From contig CAVPRW010000045.1 of the NCBI GenBank assembly GCA_963707985.1, positions 64,001 through 128,000 on the forward strand: a stretch of 64,000 nucleotides of DNA, given 5' to 3'. This stretch comes from an uncultured Nitrospinota bacterium (lineage in GTDB: Bacteria; Tectomicrobia; Entotheonellia; J063; CAVPRW01). The notes under the pieces are model-generated. The model was not told the DNA's origin, ran no database searches, and saw only the letters and a list, made by a program, of their open reading frames with translations. A program made the position numbers and the translations under genes. Below are positions 11,252 through 21,000 of this stretch, piece by piece. Each line of letters starts with the position of its first letter. Position 1 is the stretch's first letter.

Positions 11252-11617
11252 TTATCGTCGTGGCGCTTTGGCCTTGGCTTTCGCTTGGTCCCGCGTGCGT
11301 TGCTCCAGCACCTCCAACCCGTGTACGACGGCCAAGCGCAGCACCGCAGTTTTCGACATGCGCCCCACGGCGCGCAGCTCCGGGTCTTCCGCCAAGAGCT
11401 GCGCCAAGGCCTCGGCGCGCAGGTGTACCTCACGCGGCAACCGCAGGTGGGTGGGTTCTTCCAAACGTTCAGTCATCAGCCTCTCCATCGTCTTGATCGG
11501 CGGGTCGCCCGCCAGAAATCTGGCCGTGCGCTCAGCCAACTCGGGCTGCCGCCGCAGGTGCTCGGTCAATCGCGTCTCGATCGCACGGACCCGCGCGAGG
11601 TCGATGGGTCTCGCCAT
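11252..11617 (-). CDS. Putative ribbon-helix-helix-like DNA-binding protein
   Basis: THLRLPREVHLRAEALA..SKTAVLRLAV pattern; ATG abuts the recombinase stop. Confidence 0.55.
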   Translation of the reverse strand: MARPIDLARVRAIETRLTEHLRRQPELAERTARFLAGDPPIKTMERLMTERLEEPTHLRLPREVHLRAEALAQLLAEDPELRAVGRMSKTAVLRLAVVHGLEVLEQRTRDQAKAKAKAPRR

Positions 11618-12313
11618 CTAGGCTACCGCCGCATGTAAGAGGTCGCGCACGGTCTTGGGGTTCCACGCATGGCATTGGCGGGGCAAGAGGCCGCGATCAG
11701 CGAGGCGGACGCCAATCTTCCGCAAGGACAGTCCGGCCGCCTTCAGCCCCAACGCGTCACGGATAATCGCCTGCTCGGCGGCGTGTGGGTCGAGGTGGAT
11801 GCCATCGGCGGCGAGCTGCCAGCCATAGGGCGGCGCACCACCGGTATATTCGCGCTGCTGGCGCTTGTAGGCCATCGCCTCGGCGGTGCGTTTGCCAATG
11901 GTCTCACGCTTCCACTGGCTGACCGCCGCCAGGATATTGAGCACCATGCGCCCGGCCGCCGTGCGCGTGTCGATCTGCTCACTCACCGACATCAGGGACC
12001 ACTTCCCCGCCAGAAAGTAGGTCTCGACCAACAGCCCCAAGTCTTTGACGGAGCGGGTTAACCGGTCGAGTTTCACCACCAGCAATGCCTCGGCCTCGCA
12101 CGCCTTGAGACGGCCGAGCGCCTGCTGCAGCGCTGGCCGCTGCAAGGTCTTGGCGCTCACCCCAGCATCGATCTCGATTGCCACGAGGGCGAGGTCATAG
12201 AGCGCGGCATACGTCATCAGCTTCGTCTGCTGCGCCTCCAGGCTGAGCCCGTGCTCGACTTGTTTGTCCGTGCTGACTCGAACATACGCCACGGTCGGGA
12301 CCTGCGGTCTCAT
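11618..12313 (-). CDS. Serine recombinase (resolvase domain plus short recombinase tail)
   Basis: AYVRVSTDKQ catalytic Ser; KLDRLTRS; IDTRTAAGRM; GGAPPYGW; RBS GGAGG. Confidence 0.9.
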   Translation of the reverse strand: MRPQVPTVAYVRVSTDKQVEHGLSLEAQQTKLMTYAALYDLALVAIEIDAGVSAKTLQRPALQQALGRLKACEAEALLVVKLDRLTRSVKDLGLLVETYFLAGKWSLMSVSEQIDTRTAAGRMVLNILAAVSQWKRETIGKRTAEAMAYKRQQREYTGGAPPYGWQLAADGIHLDPHAAEQAIIRDALGLKAAGLSLRKIGVRLADRGLLPRQCHAWNPKTVRDLLHAAVA

Positions 12314-12422
12314 CGGCTGCCACCCTCCATGATATTGCTGTGCTGCTCGTGCTCGCCGATGCCTCACTATACCACAAATAGACCACATCGACAACACATC
12401 CAGGAGGTGTGCGGTGGCCGAA

Positions 12423-12450
12423 CTGTTACCGCGGGACCCCGCGGTAACAG
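12423..12450. repeat. Perfect 13-2-13 inverted repeat, candidate recombinase or operator site
   Basis: CTGTTACCGCGGG-AC-CCCGCGGTAACAG, 110 bp upstream of the recombinase start. Confidence 0.7.
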
Positions 12451-12563
12451 CCGCGGAGGTCCATCGGGACGGATCAGGCTGCGGGACCGGGGGCACGCAC
12501 GTGTCAAGAAAAGGTCATCGCCACGCGATAAAAGCAGGGAGGAGGTCAAAGAAAGGAGATTTT

Positions 12564-13321
12564 ATGCACAGTAGTCATACCAAACTGACCGTGATGCTCA
12601 TGTTGGCGGGGCTCGTGCTCACCTGCCCTGCAGGGTTTCAGGCCTTTGGTGGTGATTCAGAGCTGGATCGTCGAACTCTGCGTGGCTTGCAAGGCGTAGC
12701 TGTTATGGTGGAGACCATTGCAGCAGAGGCCGAACGCGATGGGTTAACGAAACGCCAAGTTCAGACCGATGTGGAGCTTCGGCTACGACAGTCTGGCATT
12801 CATGTCTTATCGCTTGCAGAAGGACTTACCACACCGGGAAGGCCATACTTATATATCCATGTCGCCGCCGCAAAGCGCGACGGGATGAGATTCTACGCCT
12901 ACGATGTCAGCGTGAGGCTGAATCAAGATGTTTGGCTTGACCGCGATCTGGATATCAAGGGTCTTGGGATTACCACATGGGATGTCGGTGCAGTTGGAAG
13001 CATCGGGGACGCCATGATCAGGGACCTTCGAGAGTCTGTGCTTGACAAGGTCGACCAATTCATCAACGCCTATCTGGCCGTCAATCCCGAGCAAGCCGGC
13101 GCGGGAAGACACAGCCGAAACAAGGAGAACCTCGTTCCTGACGCCTCCATCATCCGGGCGGTCCAGTGGCAGCTACAGGAGGGGGGGGTGACCCCGGCCC
13201 TGTCGATGGTAAGCTCGGCACGCAAACGCGACTCGCGCTGCAGCAATATCAAACGCGGCAGGGACTCCCCACAACCGGCGAGCTTGACGAGAAGACGCGT
13301 CGCGCGCTCGGGCTTAAGTAA
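12564..13321 (+). CDS. Secreted protein with C-terminal peptidoglycan-binding domain, frameshifted at a G8 run
   Basis: Signal-peptide-like N-terminus; after G8 (13181-13188) the alternative frame reads DPGPVDGKLGTQTRLALQQYQTRQGLPTTGELDEKTRRALGLK*. Confidence 0.75.
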
Positions 13322-13359
13322 CTGGTTTGTAGGGGTACTAGTCGTGAGGGAAAGGCCCC

Positions 13360-13836
13360 ATGAATAACGGAATCTTCGGGTTAGACCGGCCGGACCAGCT
13401 CCTAAAGAAACTAGAGTATGATTTCCAGCGGCTGCGGCACGACCAAGGGCAGGAAGCCATGCTGTACACGGCCTTCGATTTCTTCGTGACTGCGTATTCC
13501 CTGGTCGAGTGGGAGAAGAAGCGGCACACGCTGATGCAAACGGAGGTGGATGCGCTCTATGCTCCGATGCTGATCAAAATCTCTGGCGACCTCGCGAACG
13601 GAGGCAAACTCTTCCAGTTGACGAAGCCGGCGAAAACACACGTAACCACGCAGGCGGCCGAACCCGTGTTTAGCCCCGCGTTCTCGTCGAGCGGGTTTCA
13701 GGCGCAATGGAGCGCATGGGTCAACCTACCGGCGGACGAAGCGGCCGCCGCCGGCGTCCCTGAGAGGTGTCCGATCGGTGTATTGGCAAGGCAGGTCTTA
13801 GACCACTGGCGCCACCACTTCGAGCACACCCCCTAG
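13360..13836 (+). CDS. Hypothetical helical protein, possibly HEPN-like
   Basis: Clean ORF; motifs LLKKLEYD, AFDFFVTAY..W, DLANGGK; followed by a hairpin at 13843-13862. Confidence 0.65.
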   Translation: MNNGIFGLDRPDQLLKKLEYDFQRLRHDQGQEAMLYTAFDFFVTAYSLVEWEKKRHTLMQTEVDALYAPMLIKISGDLANGGKLFQLTKPAKTHVTTQAAEPVFSPAFSSSGFQAQWSAWVNLPADEAAAAGVPERCPIGVLARQVLDHWRHHFEHTP

Positions 13837-14043
13837 TACCTGCATCTCCCCGGCGGGAGATGTCCAACCGTCAATCCCGCACACTCCTCCGCACTCCTGG
13901 GGACGTACTGAGAACGCAGGGGTCAACTCGTGAGCGCCGGGAAAGACAAGGCTCCATCGGCCAGGCCGTCACCATAGCGGTCAGGCGCGGGGCCACGCTG
14001 AAAGACCTCTGGTGCGCCACACCCATGAAAGGAGGACGCGACC

Positions 14044-14628
14044 ATGCAAGCCGTCTGGAACGCCATCGAGACCAAGGCCATGTCCCACGACGAAAACTTA
14101 CTCAACACCTGCCGGCAACTCGAACAAGAATACATCGACTGGCGCCGGCCCATGACGCACGGGGGCAGCTACATCACCCGCTTGTGGCCGGCCGTGGGCG
14201 AACTCGATAACCTGTCGGGCAAGCTTACCGTCGTCCGGTTCATCACGGGTGCCAAGGGCACCATCCGCGTCTATGACGCCCAGGGCCAGCCGTACGGCGT
14301 CGTCAAGGCCATGCCAGGCATGGTCGGGCAACTCTACGCCCTCGCCAACCTGATCGACCGACGACACCGCGCCGCCCTAGTCCGCGAACCACGAAAGGAG
14401 GACGGCAAGGAATGGACTCGCGGCATCCTGACCAAACCGATCCCGGCCGGCGACTTCGGGCGCCCGCTGACCAGCCTCGAATGCCAACGACTCCGTGCAA
14501 TAGGGCATAAGCTCAACACGCAGTGGATCGTTGTCAGGCACGCCGACAACCCAACGCTGGGGATTCTCTACCGGCCTGGCCGGCAGTTTTCCGAATACCT
14601 CCACGCCGGCATCTACATCACGAATTAA
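14044..14628 (+). CDS. Hypothetical protein
   Basis: Strong RBS AAAGGAGG; GC3-rich codons; 194 aa. Confidence 0.7.
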   Translation: MQAVWNAIETKAMSHDENLLNTCRQLEQEYIDWRRPMTHGGSYITRLWPAVGELDNLSGKLTVVRFITGAKGTIRVYDAQGQPYGVVKAMPGMVGQLYALANLIDRRHRAALVREPRKEDGKEWTRGILTKPIPAGDFGRPLTSLECQRLRAIGHKLNTQWIVVRHADNPTLGILYRPGRQFSEYLHAGIYITN

Positions 14629-14699
14629 CCGCAACAACGAGTGGAGTGTCCGCGAATCGTCTCCACGGATTTGAACGGTTTAATCTGCAAAATGCATCT

Positions 14700-15200
14700 C
14701 ATGGCGGGGGCACCAGGCGCGACGCGCTGTTGTACGCCTGCTCCGCCAATGCCAGCCACGGGCTTAGGCGCACCAACGACGATAAGCGCAAGGCGGTCAG
14801 TACGCTGTTGAAGGACGAGGAGTGGGTCATCTGGAGTGACCGCGTGATCGCCAAACACTGCGGGGTGCATCACACGTTCGTGGGTCGGCTACGGGCGTCA
14901 CTGGTGCCAAGCACCAGTGAGAAACGCACCTACACCACCAAGCACGGCACCGAGTCGACCATGGACACCTCGCACATCGGCAAGGCGTCCGTCAACGGTG
15001 ATGCGCCAGAGAAACAACACCCCAAAACACCCGAAACACCCACCTCTCCCGAGGAGCGCTGGCGCCAGGCCTCCCCCGAGTTCGTGCACCCCGGCATCCC
15101 GGCCGACGACTTCCGGCTCATCGCCGAGAAGCTCGACGCTATGGCACCCGAGTCCGCGCTCGGACACGAGGTTACTGCGGAGCTGCTCCAGGCTCTGAGG
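14700..15200 (+). pseudogene. ParB-like/HTH phage-type protein, 5'-truncated fragment
   Basis: NASHGLRRTNDDKRKAV..WSDRVIAKHCGVHHTFVGRLR..RTYTTKHG; boundaries approximate. Confidence 0.6.
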
Positions 15201-15222
15201 TGTCAACAATTGTTGACACCTC
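15197..15222. repeat. Perfect 26-bp palindrome
   Basis: GAGGTGTCAACAATTGTTGACACCTC. Confidence 0.85.
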
Positions 15223-15589
15223 CCTGTGAGAATTGCCTTGGCCAGCCAGCGCACCGCCGCCGCCACGCTGCCGGCCTCGGCGACGCCGTTACTGCCGCGC
15301 TGGGTGACATTCTCGCCGGCATAGACCTCCACCATCCAGGCGTCGTCGCGGTCGATGGTCCTGGGATCAACCTGATACTCCGCGTCCAGGTGTAGCGCTT
15401 CCCCCCCAGGTAGCTCTTCCGCTCGGGCGTCAGGTTGCAGTGCCCGAGCTAGTTGACGATGACCCAGTTGATTGCTGCCTCGCGCGAGCAAACATGGCCA
15501 ACACCTCCCTTACCTGGGCGGGGAATTCCGCCGACTCGCGAAGGCTCGCTAACGTGACACCGTGCATTGCAACTCCGAACGTGCCGGGC

Positions 15590-17086
15590 TCACGAGAGCG
15601 CCGTCGTGAAGCCGAGTTCGAAATACGGCCACATCACCACCCGCTCACCGACCTTCATCGCGGCCCTGATGCCCCCGTCCTGGGACAGGATGAAGGCGAC
15701 TGACGGCTCCATGTTCTCCACAAAGCGGAACGCCGAGCGGTGGCGCGTCCCGTAGCCGGTAAACGGCACGGCGGTGATCTTGTCCCCCTCCTCGTTCTGT
15801 GCGATGTGGATCGTGCCAGTGCCTGGCGCGCTACCCCTCACCTCCCCACCGAACCCGATGATCCTGAGCTTGTCGGTCGGGACGACGGCGCCGTCAACGG
15901 CGGTTAGCGACGCGATGAACCGCGCGGCGTCACGCGAGGCGTCCTCGATGTCGCGCTGATACCAGGCCAGCGCCTCAAGGTTTTCGAGGTCTTCCTGCTT
16001 TACGGTGCGGCGTTCGTGCAGCCGCTTATCAAGAGCGTTGTGCTCCAGCCTCACCGCCATCGCCGCCAGCAGCGCCTCGCGCGGCCGGGTGCTCGGCAGC
16101 CTGTACTTGATCGAGACGGCTTCATGCAGGCGCGCGTCGTTGTCCGCGACGGCCTCCTCGACGAAGAGCAAGGTACAGCCGTGCTTTAGCTCGGCGGTGT
16201 GCAGCAGGATGGACTGGATGAACCACAGGTGGGAGAAGCTCAGGCCGTCATCCTCTTCCGGGTCCTGATGCACTCCTAAGCCAGCAATTCTCACTTTGAA
16301 CATCCGAATGTGAAAAGCTCCCCACCTGGGGTAATTTTTTAGCCAGTTGGGGAGAGAATCTTCCCACTTGATGGGTGTTGATGGGGTCATTGGGTGAGTT
16401 GTCTCCCACCGATCTGCCAAAATGAGAATTGCTGCTCCTGAGCGCTCGCACGCTTCCCGGATGAGCTCATCCGACGCGTTGAGGAAGAAACGCGCGACGG
16501 GTCCGCGGAACAGGACGCTTTGCGTGGGGCTGACGATCTCACCGCCACGGAGGCGGATGACCGGACGATCGCCGCGGGAGATGCTCAGTTCGCCGGGCCG
16601 GGTGGCCGCCACGACGAGGGCCTCCGGGGACGCTATGCCGCTGATCCGCTCGTGCCGCGCCATCTGCCAGAGAGCCATGCCCACGTCGATCAGGCCGTAG
16701 ATTTGGAGGCGCCGGCCAGCGCCTTCCCCGATTTGCTCCACCGCAATCAGGACTCGCCGAGGGTCTGCGACCGGCGCGAGTCGCCGCAATTCCCCCACGG
16801 TGAACGGCACCGGTGGGCAGAGCGCGTACCGCATGATCGGTTCAAGTGGGACGGGCTCCCGCCGTGGCGGGGACACGGGCGTGCTGCCGGCAATGAACGC
16901 GACACGGAAGATGGTCGGGCGACCCTCCTCGGTCAGCAGGCTCGCGTGGTAGCAGACATCGAGGAGTTCATCCAGGACTGCCTTCTCCGGTAGGTCCACC
17001 CGCGGCCAACCGTCGGCGAGTGGCTCACCGCGCCACCGGCGCCGGAGGATCGCGTGCAAGTCCCGCGGATACCTGTGCTTCGCCAT
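15590..17086 (-). CDS. Diadenylate cyclase (DisA_N/DAC domain) with N-terminal DACNV-type sensor domain
   Basis: N-terminal ASLLTEEGRP and ELRRLAP; C-terminal AVDGAVV, GFGGEV, GTRHRSA, SQDGG (DGA and RHR catalytic motifs); RBS GGAGG. Confidence 0.85.
   Translation of the reverse strand: MAKHRYPRDLHAILRRRWRGEPLADGWPRVDLPEKAVLDELLDVCYHASLLTEEGRPTIFRVAFIAGSTPVSPPRREPVPLEPIMRYALCPPVPFTVGELRRLAPVADPRRVLIAVEQIGEGAGRRLQIYGLIDVGMALWQMARHERISGIASPEALVVAATRPGELSISRGDRPVIRLRGGEIVSPTQSVLFRGPVARFFLNASDELIREACERSGAAILILADRWETTHPMTPSTPIKWEDSLPNWLKNYPRWGAFHIRMFKVRIAGLGVHQDPEEDDGLSFSHLWFIQSILLHTAELKHGCTLLFVEEAVADNDARLHEAVSIKYRLPSTRPREALLAAMAVRLEHNALDKRLHERRTVKQEDLENLEALAWYQRDIEDASRDAARFIASLTAVDGAVVPTDKLRIIGFGGEVRGSAPGTGTIHIAQNEEGDKITAVPFTGYGTRHRSAFRFVENMEPSVAFILSQDGGIRAAMKVGERVVMWPYFELGFTTALS
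16282..16434. mobile_element. 153-bp MITE inside the cyclase gene
   Basis: IRs CAGCAATTCTCA / TGAGAATTGCTG; 9-bp target duplication CTCCTAAGC / CTCCTGAGC; lower GC than the host gene. Confidence 0.9.
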
Positions 17087-17358
17087 CCATTCCTCCGGGT
17101 TTTATACTTCAAACTTTTCGGGATCATGGTCCGTGGCAGGTGACGGCCTGAGGTGGTATATCCGCGAACCTTCTATACGGAGCAGAATAACACGTTCAAA
17201 TCCGTATAGACGATCCGTGGATACTTCAATCAGGTCCACGCCAGGCAGGGTAGACCTGATGAAACTCATCAGTCTGAGCATGTGCACAGAGGCCCCGCGC
17301 GACCGAGATGCTCGCCAACCAGGCCGAAGATCAGGCGCCAGGGACTACCGACCTTTGA

Positions 17359-17550
17359 CTAGGCCTGCGTATCGACAATCACGATGCCCGTGCTCAGCAC
17401 CGAGTCGGTCATCAACTTCGATATCTCCTCGTCGGGGTCCAAGCCTAATTTCTCGCACACCTGGCGCGCATCGACCACTGATTGCCCCGTCGACAGGTCC
17501 GTGACGATTGGCACTGGGTTGGGGGCACAGAGGTCCTGCCAGACATCCAA
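17359..17550 (-). CDS. Phage antirepressor N-terminal-like small protein
   Basis: VDARQVCEKLGLD..ISKL..DSVLS resembles the P22 Ant N-terminal pattern. Confidence 0.45.
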   Translation of the reverse strand: MDVWQDLCAPNPVPIVTDLSTGQSVVDARQVCEKLGLDPDEEISKLMTDSVLSTGIVIVDTQA

Positions 17551-17627
17551 GGTGTTTTGGTGGAGCTCCTGCCGGAGTTAATTCGGTTGCATCCATCCCT
17601 CCAAGCGTCTCGTGGCGGGCCTTGGTG

Positions 17628-18755
17628 CTATTCACGTGCTCTCTCCGCCCACTCTTTTTCCGCGTTCACCAGTTCACGATAGCACCGGCCATGGTCTCCC
17701 CACGGCTGACATTCGGTCGGATAGGCGTAGCCGCGCTCGACCATACTCCGGGCCACCTTTTTTCGCATCTCTGCGGGGAGGCGACGTTCAATCACCACAT
17801 CTAAGAGCATGGCATGCCGGAGGTCTGATCGATAACCCCAATACTCAAACCACCCCCGGCTTCCAGGTATGCATGAACTGGGGATTTCCTCGTCCCCGTC
17901 CCAGCCCCTGAGCCGTACCATCCCGATCGCGGATTCCAGTTGCTCCCACCACATCGTAATGTGCCTGGCTAAATCCGCGACAGAGAGCGGAATCCACACG
18001 GCTGCGGTGCCCCACCAAAACGCTGCAATTTCCCAGGCCGGAATCGCTCCTGCCTGTGCCCATCCCTGGACAAAGGTCGTGGACGCCTCGATCAAGACCG
18101 GGAGCACCGGCGCAGCCGGTGCGCGGAGCAATGCATGATAGGGAGCCGGATGATCAGACGGCCGTATCCCGGCCATGAGTCCGAACAAGGTGTCGACCGT
18201 CACGGCGGGAATCTCCGTCTCAAAGTTCCCTGCCTGTGGCCATGTCTCACCGTACATGCCGCGAATCCGCAGGAGTTGACGCGCATGGCCTTCACTGAGC
18301 GCTTTACGGTGCAGGTAGCATTGCAGCCCAGCGGGACAGGTCAACAGCCGCAATTTTTGAGCGATAATAGCTGCGGTCTTTGCCGATGCGCTGCGCGAGC
18401 GCGTCCTGAGTCAATCCTTGCGCGAGATACCCTTGATACGCCTGCGCTTCCTCAATCGGTGACAGGTCGTCGCGCTGAATATTCTCAATCGGCGAGAGCC
18501 AATGGGCCTCTTCCGGGCTCAGCTCTCGCACCTCGGCCGCGATGGTCTCCCAGCCGAGGATGCGTGCCGCTCGCCACCGCCGCTCACCATGGACGAGGAT
18601 ATAACGCCCGTCAGCCGTGGGTCTAGCAGGATCGGCATGGCCAGCCCATGCGCTGCCATGGACTGCGCGAGCTCTTGTAGGCTCACCTCGTCAAAGTGCT
18701 TCCTGGGTTGTTCAGGGTCAGGATCGATGAGACTGAGAAGTGGGTCACGTGACAC
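17628..18755 (-). pseudogene. ParB/RepB/Spo0J-family protein, frameshifted
   Basis: IDPDPEQPRKHFDE..LQELAQSM; IENIQRDDLSPIEEAQAY; TQDALAQRIGKDRSY; LSEGHARQLL, spread over three frames. Confidence 0.85.
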
Positions 18756-18779
18756 AATTACCTCCTATTAGACACTTTC

Positions 18780-20368
18780 ACTCGATCCTCAAGTTTTTTT
18801 TATTTGACCCCGACCCCATTTCTTCGCAAGATCCAGCGGAGTACAGGTGTTGAACCCCAACGAGGCGCTGAAAACGACGGGACAGGCCCATGTTGATCAA
18901 GACCCCCCTTCCCGTTGTCCAAGAGTTCGTGGCCGAGCTGCACGCGGCCCTGGAAAAATATCAGCCAGGCGCGGGACTTTCAAGGCTGCAACGATACTGG
19001 TTGTCTGTTTGTCTGATGGGTATTCTTGTCTCCAATTCAGTCTGTTGGGCCAGGTTTGAACGGGCGAGTCTGGGCCACTACTCGCTGGCCGCGTTATCCT
19101 GGATGTTTCGGACACGCGAAGATTCCATGGGAGTGCCGACTGCCGATGAGCGTGCGACCGTCATGCTTCGGCAGATACGGCATCACGCACGGCTCTGTGG
19201 CGGTGGATGACTCGGACAAGAAACGCGGCAAAGTGACCACACGCATCTTCAACGCCCATAAGCTCAAAGAGAAGACCAGCGGCGGGTATATCAATGGGCA
19301 GAGTATCGTCCTGTTACTGTTGGTCACCCCGCTCGTCACCCTGCCCGTCGGCTTCGCCTTTGACATGCCAGACCCCGCGCTGACGGCGTGGAAGAAAGCG
19401 GACGACACGTTGAAAAAGCAGGGGGTGTCCCCCAAAAACCGGCCACCCTAAACCCACCCGCAACTCCGCCTATCCGACCAAACCAGAGCTGGCGCTCACC
19501 CTGCTGGCAGCGTTCCGACGGCGAGCACCCTACCGTGGGGGTCACGATGGTGCTGGCCGATGCGTTGTATGCGACGAGCACGTTCATGGAGCAGGCCGCG
19601 AAGCTCTTCGGTACCCAAGTGATCAGCCCACTGCACAAGAATCAAAATGTTCGGTTTCGGAACAAGCTCATCAGCCTCGAGAGGTATGTTACCCGCTACC
19701 CGGGCGTGCCTCAGACCATCAGCATCCGTGGAGACGAAGCCGTCAGCGTGATGGTCAGGAGTGCGAGACTCTATGTCGACGCCCACCACACGAAGCGGTT
19801 GGTCATCGCCCTCAAGTATGAGCAGGAGACCGACTATCGCGATCTAGTCGCCGCGGATCTGTCCTGGCGGACCTTGGATATTGTCCAAGCATACACCCTG
19901 AGGTGGCTTGTAGAGGTCTTCCTGGAGGACTGGAAGGGGCATGAGGGCTGGGGGCAGTTGACCAAACCGCCAGACGAAGAGGGATCAAGCCGCGGCCTGA
20001 TCCTGAGTCTGCGGCTCGATCACGGCCTCCTCCTGCATCCGCACCAAAGGGCCGGCCTGGAACACAAACTCCCTGCGTACACCGTGGGCAGCCGACAACA
20101 ACGCACCCAAGTGGAATGTCTGCTGGCCTTTATCCGGGATCTGATCCGGACAGACAACCCGCAGGAGCAGCTCAACCGCCTGAGCCAGGTTGGGGAAGAG
20201 GTCTTTCAACTCGCCCCTTCGAAGAAACACATGAACACCAGAGATCTGGGGCGGTTAGAGCCAACCCCCGCCTTGAAATATCGGGCGGAGATGGCTTCTA
20301 TCAGTGCATAAAGGACCGCCGCATGCCTCGCTGGCTTTTTCGGCCACCCTAAACCTTGAACATCGAGT
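18780..20368 (+). mobile_element. IS701/IS4-like IS, degenerate
   Basis: IRs ACTCGATCCTCAAG / CTTGAACATCGAGT; motifs VDDSDKKR, LADALY, YTLRWLVEVFLEDWK. Confidence 0.85.
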
Positions 20369-20559
20369 GTCATGGACCATTAGCGGCTAGACCGCATGGA
20401 TGGCCGCTTCAGATAAGGAACGGAAAAGTCAGAATCGTCTATTGGCCTTTTAACACCAGATGTTACTATATATTTGGCCCATCTCAAGCTGAATTTTAAT
20501 ACTTCCCAAAACCAGAAATTTCACATTGCGTCACCTCCGTTCTTGAATAATGACCTACC

Positions 20560-20975
20560 AACTATCTAGCTCCGGCGTCTTCGTTCTGCCAAAAGCTCGG
20601 CTCAATGCCCAGCTCGTACATGCTCTGAATTAGGCAGCAAATATTATGGCAGAGAATCTTGCAGGGGACCTCGTTCGTCATCGCGGTATCGGTCTTGCCG
20701 CGCACATGATCGCGGAACTTCGCCTTGATCATGGAGAGCGTCGATTCGACGTTGAACCACTTGCGCGATAGTGTCCCAGGAACGCTTGGCGGTTGAAGGC
20801 GATGTAGTGAAACATCTTCTCCCAGAGTCCACCTGCTGCCCCGCTATGGATACTCTTAAACGCAATGTACGGGGTCGCTCCGTGCTCAGCAATGACGTTC
20901 GTATTGTTCACGCTGGCATACCCCTTATGCGCTGACACTTCCCGAATATCGAAGTGGGCTGCTGTGGTATGCACG
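20560..20975 (-). pseudogene. DDE transposase C-terminal fragment
   Basis: VSAHKGY..NVESTLSMIKAKF..KILCHNICCL. Confidence 0.7.
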
Positions 20976-21000
20976 AGGTCAGAGAGCAGCTTGGGTCAAG

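Noticed and set aside
12414..12563. Extended N-termini in the ORF track (12414, also 9864, 12496, 57830, 62188)
   Set aside because: Downstream ATGs with a good RBS or translational coupling coincide with the start of recognisable domains.
15227..15237. Second copy of the CAGCAATTCTCA MITE (TGAGAATTGC)
   Set aside because: Only a 10-nt match, with no partner IR or target duplication.
17250..17275. Hammerhead ribozyme (CTGATGA on both strands)
   Set aside because: No correctly placed stem II-GAAA-stem III core; the motif is explained by a simple inverted repeat.
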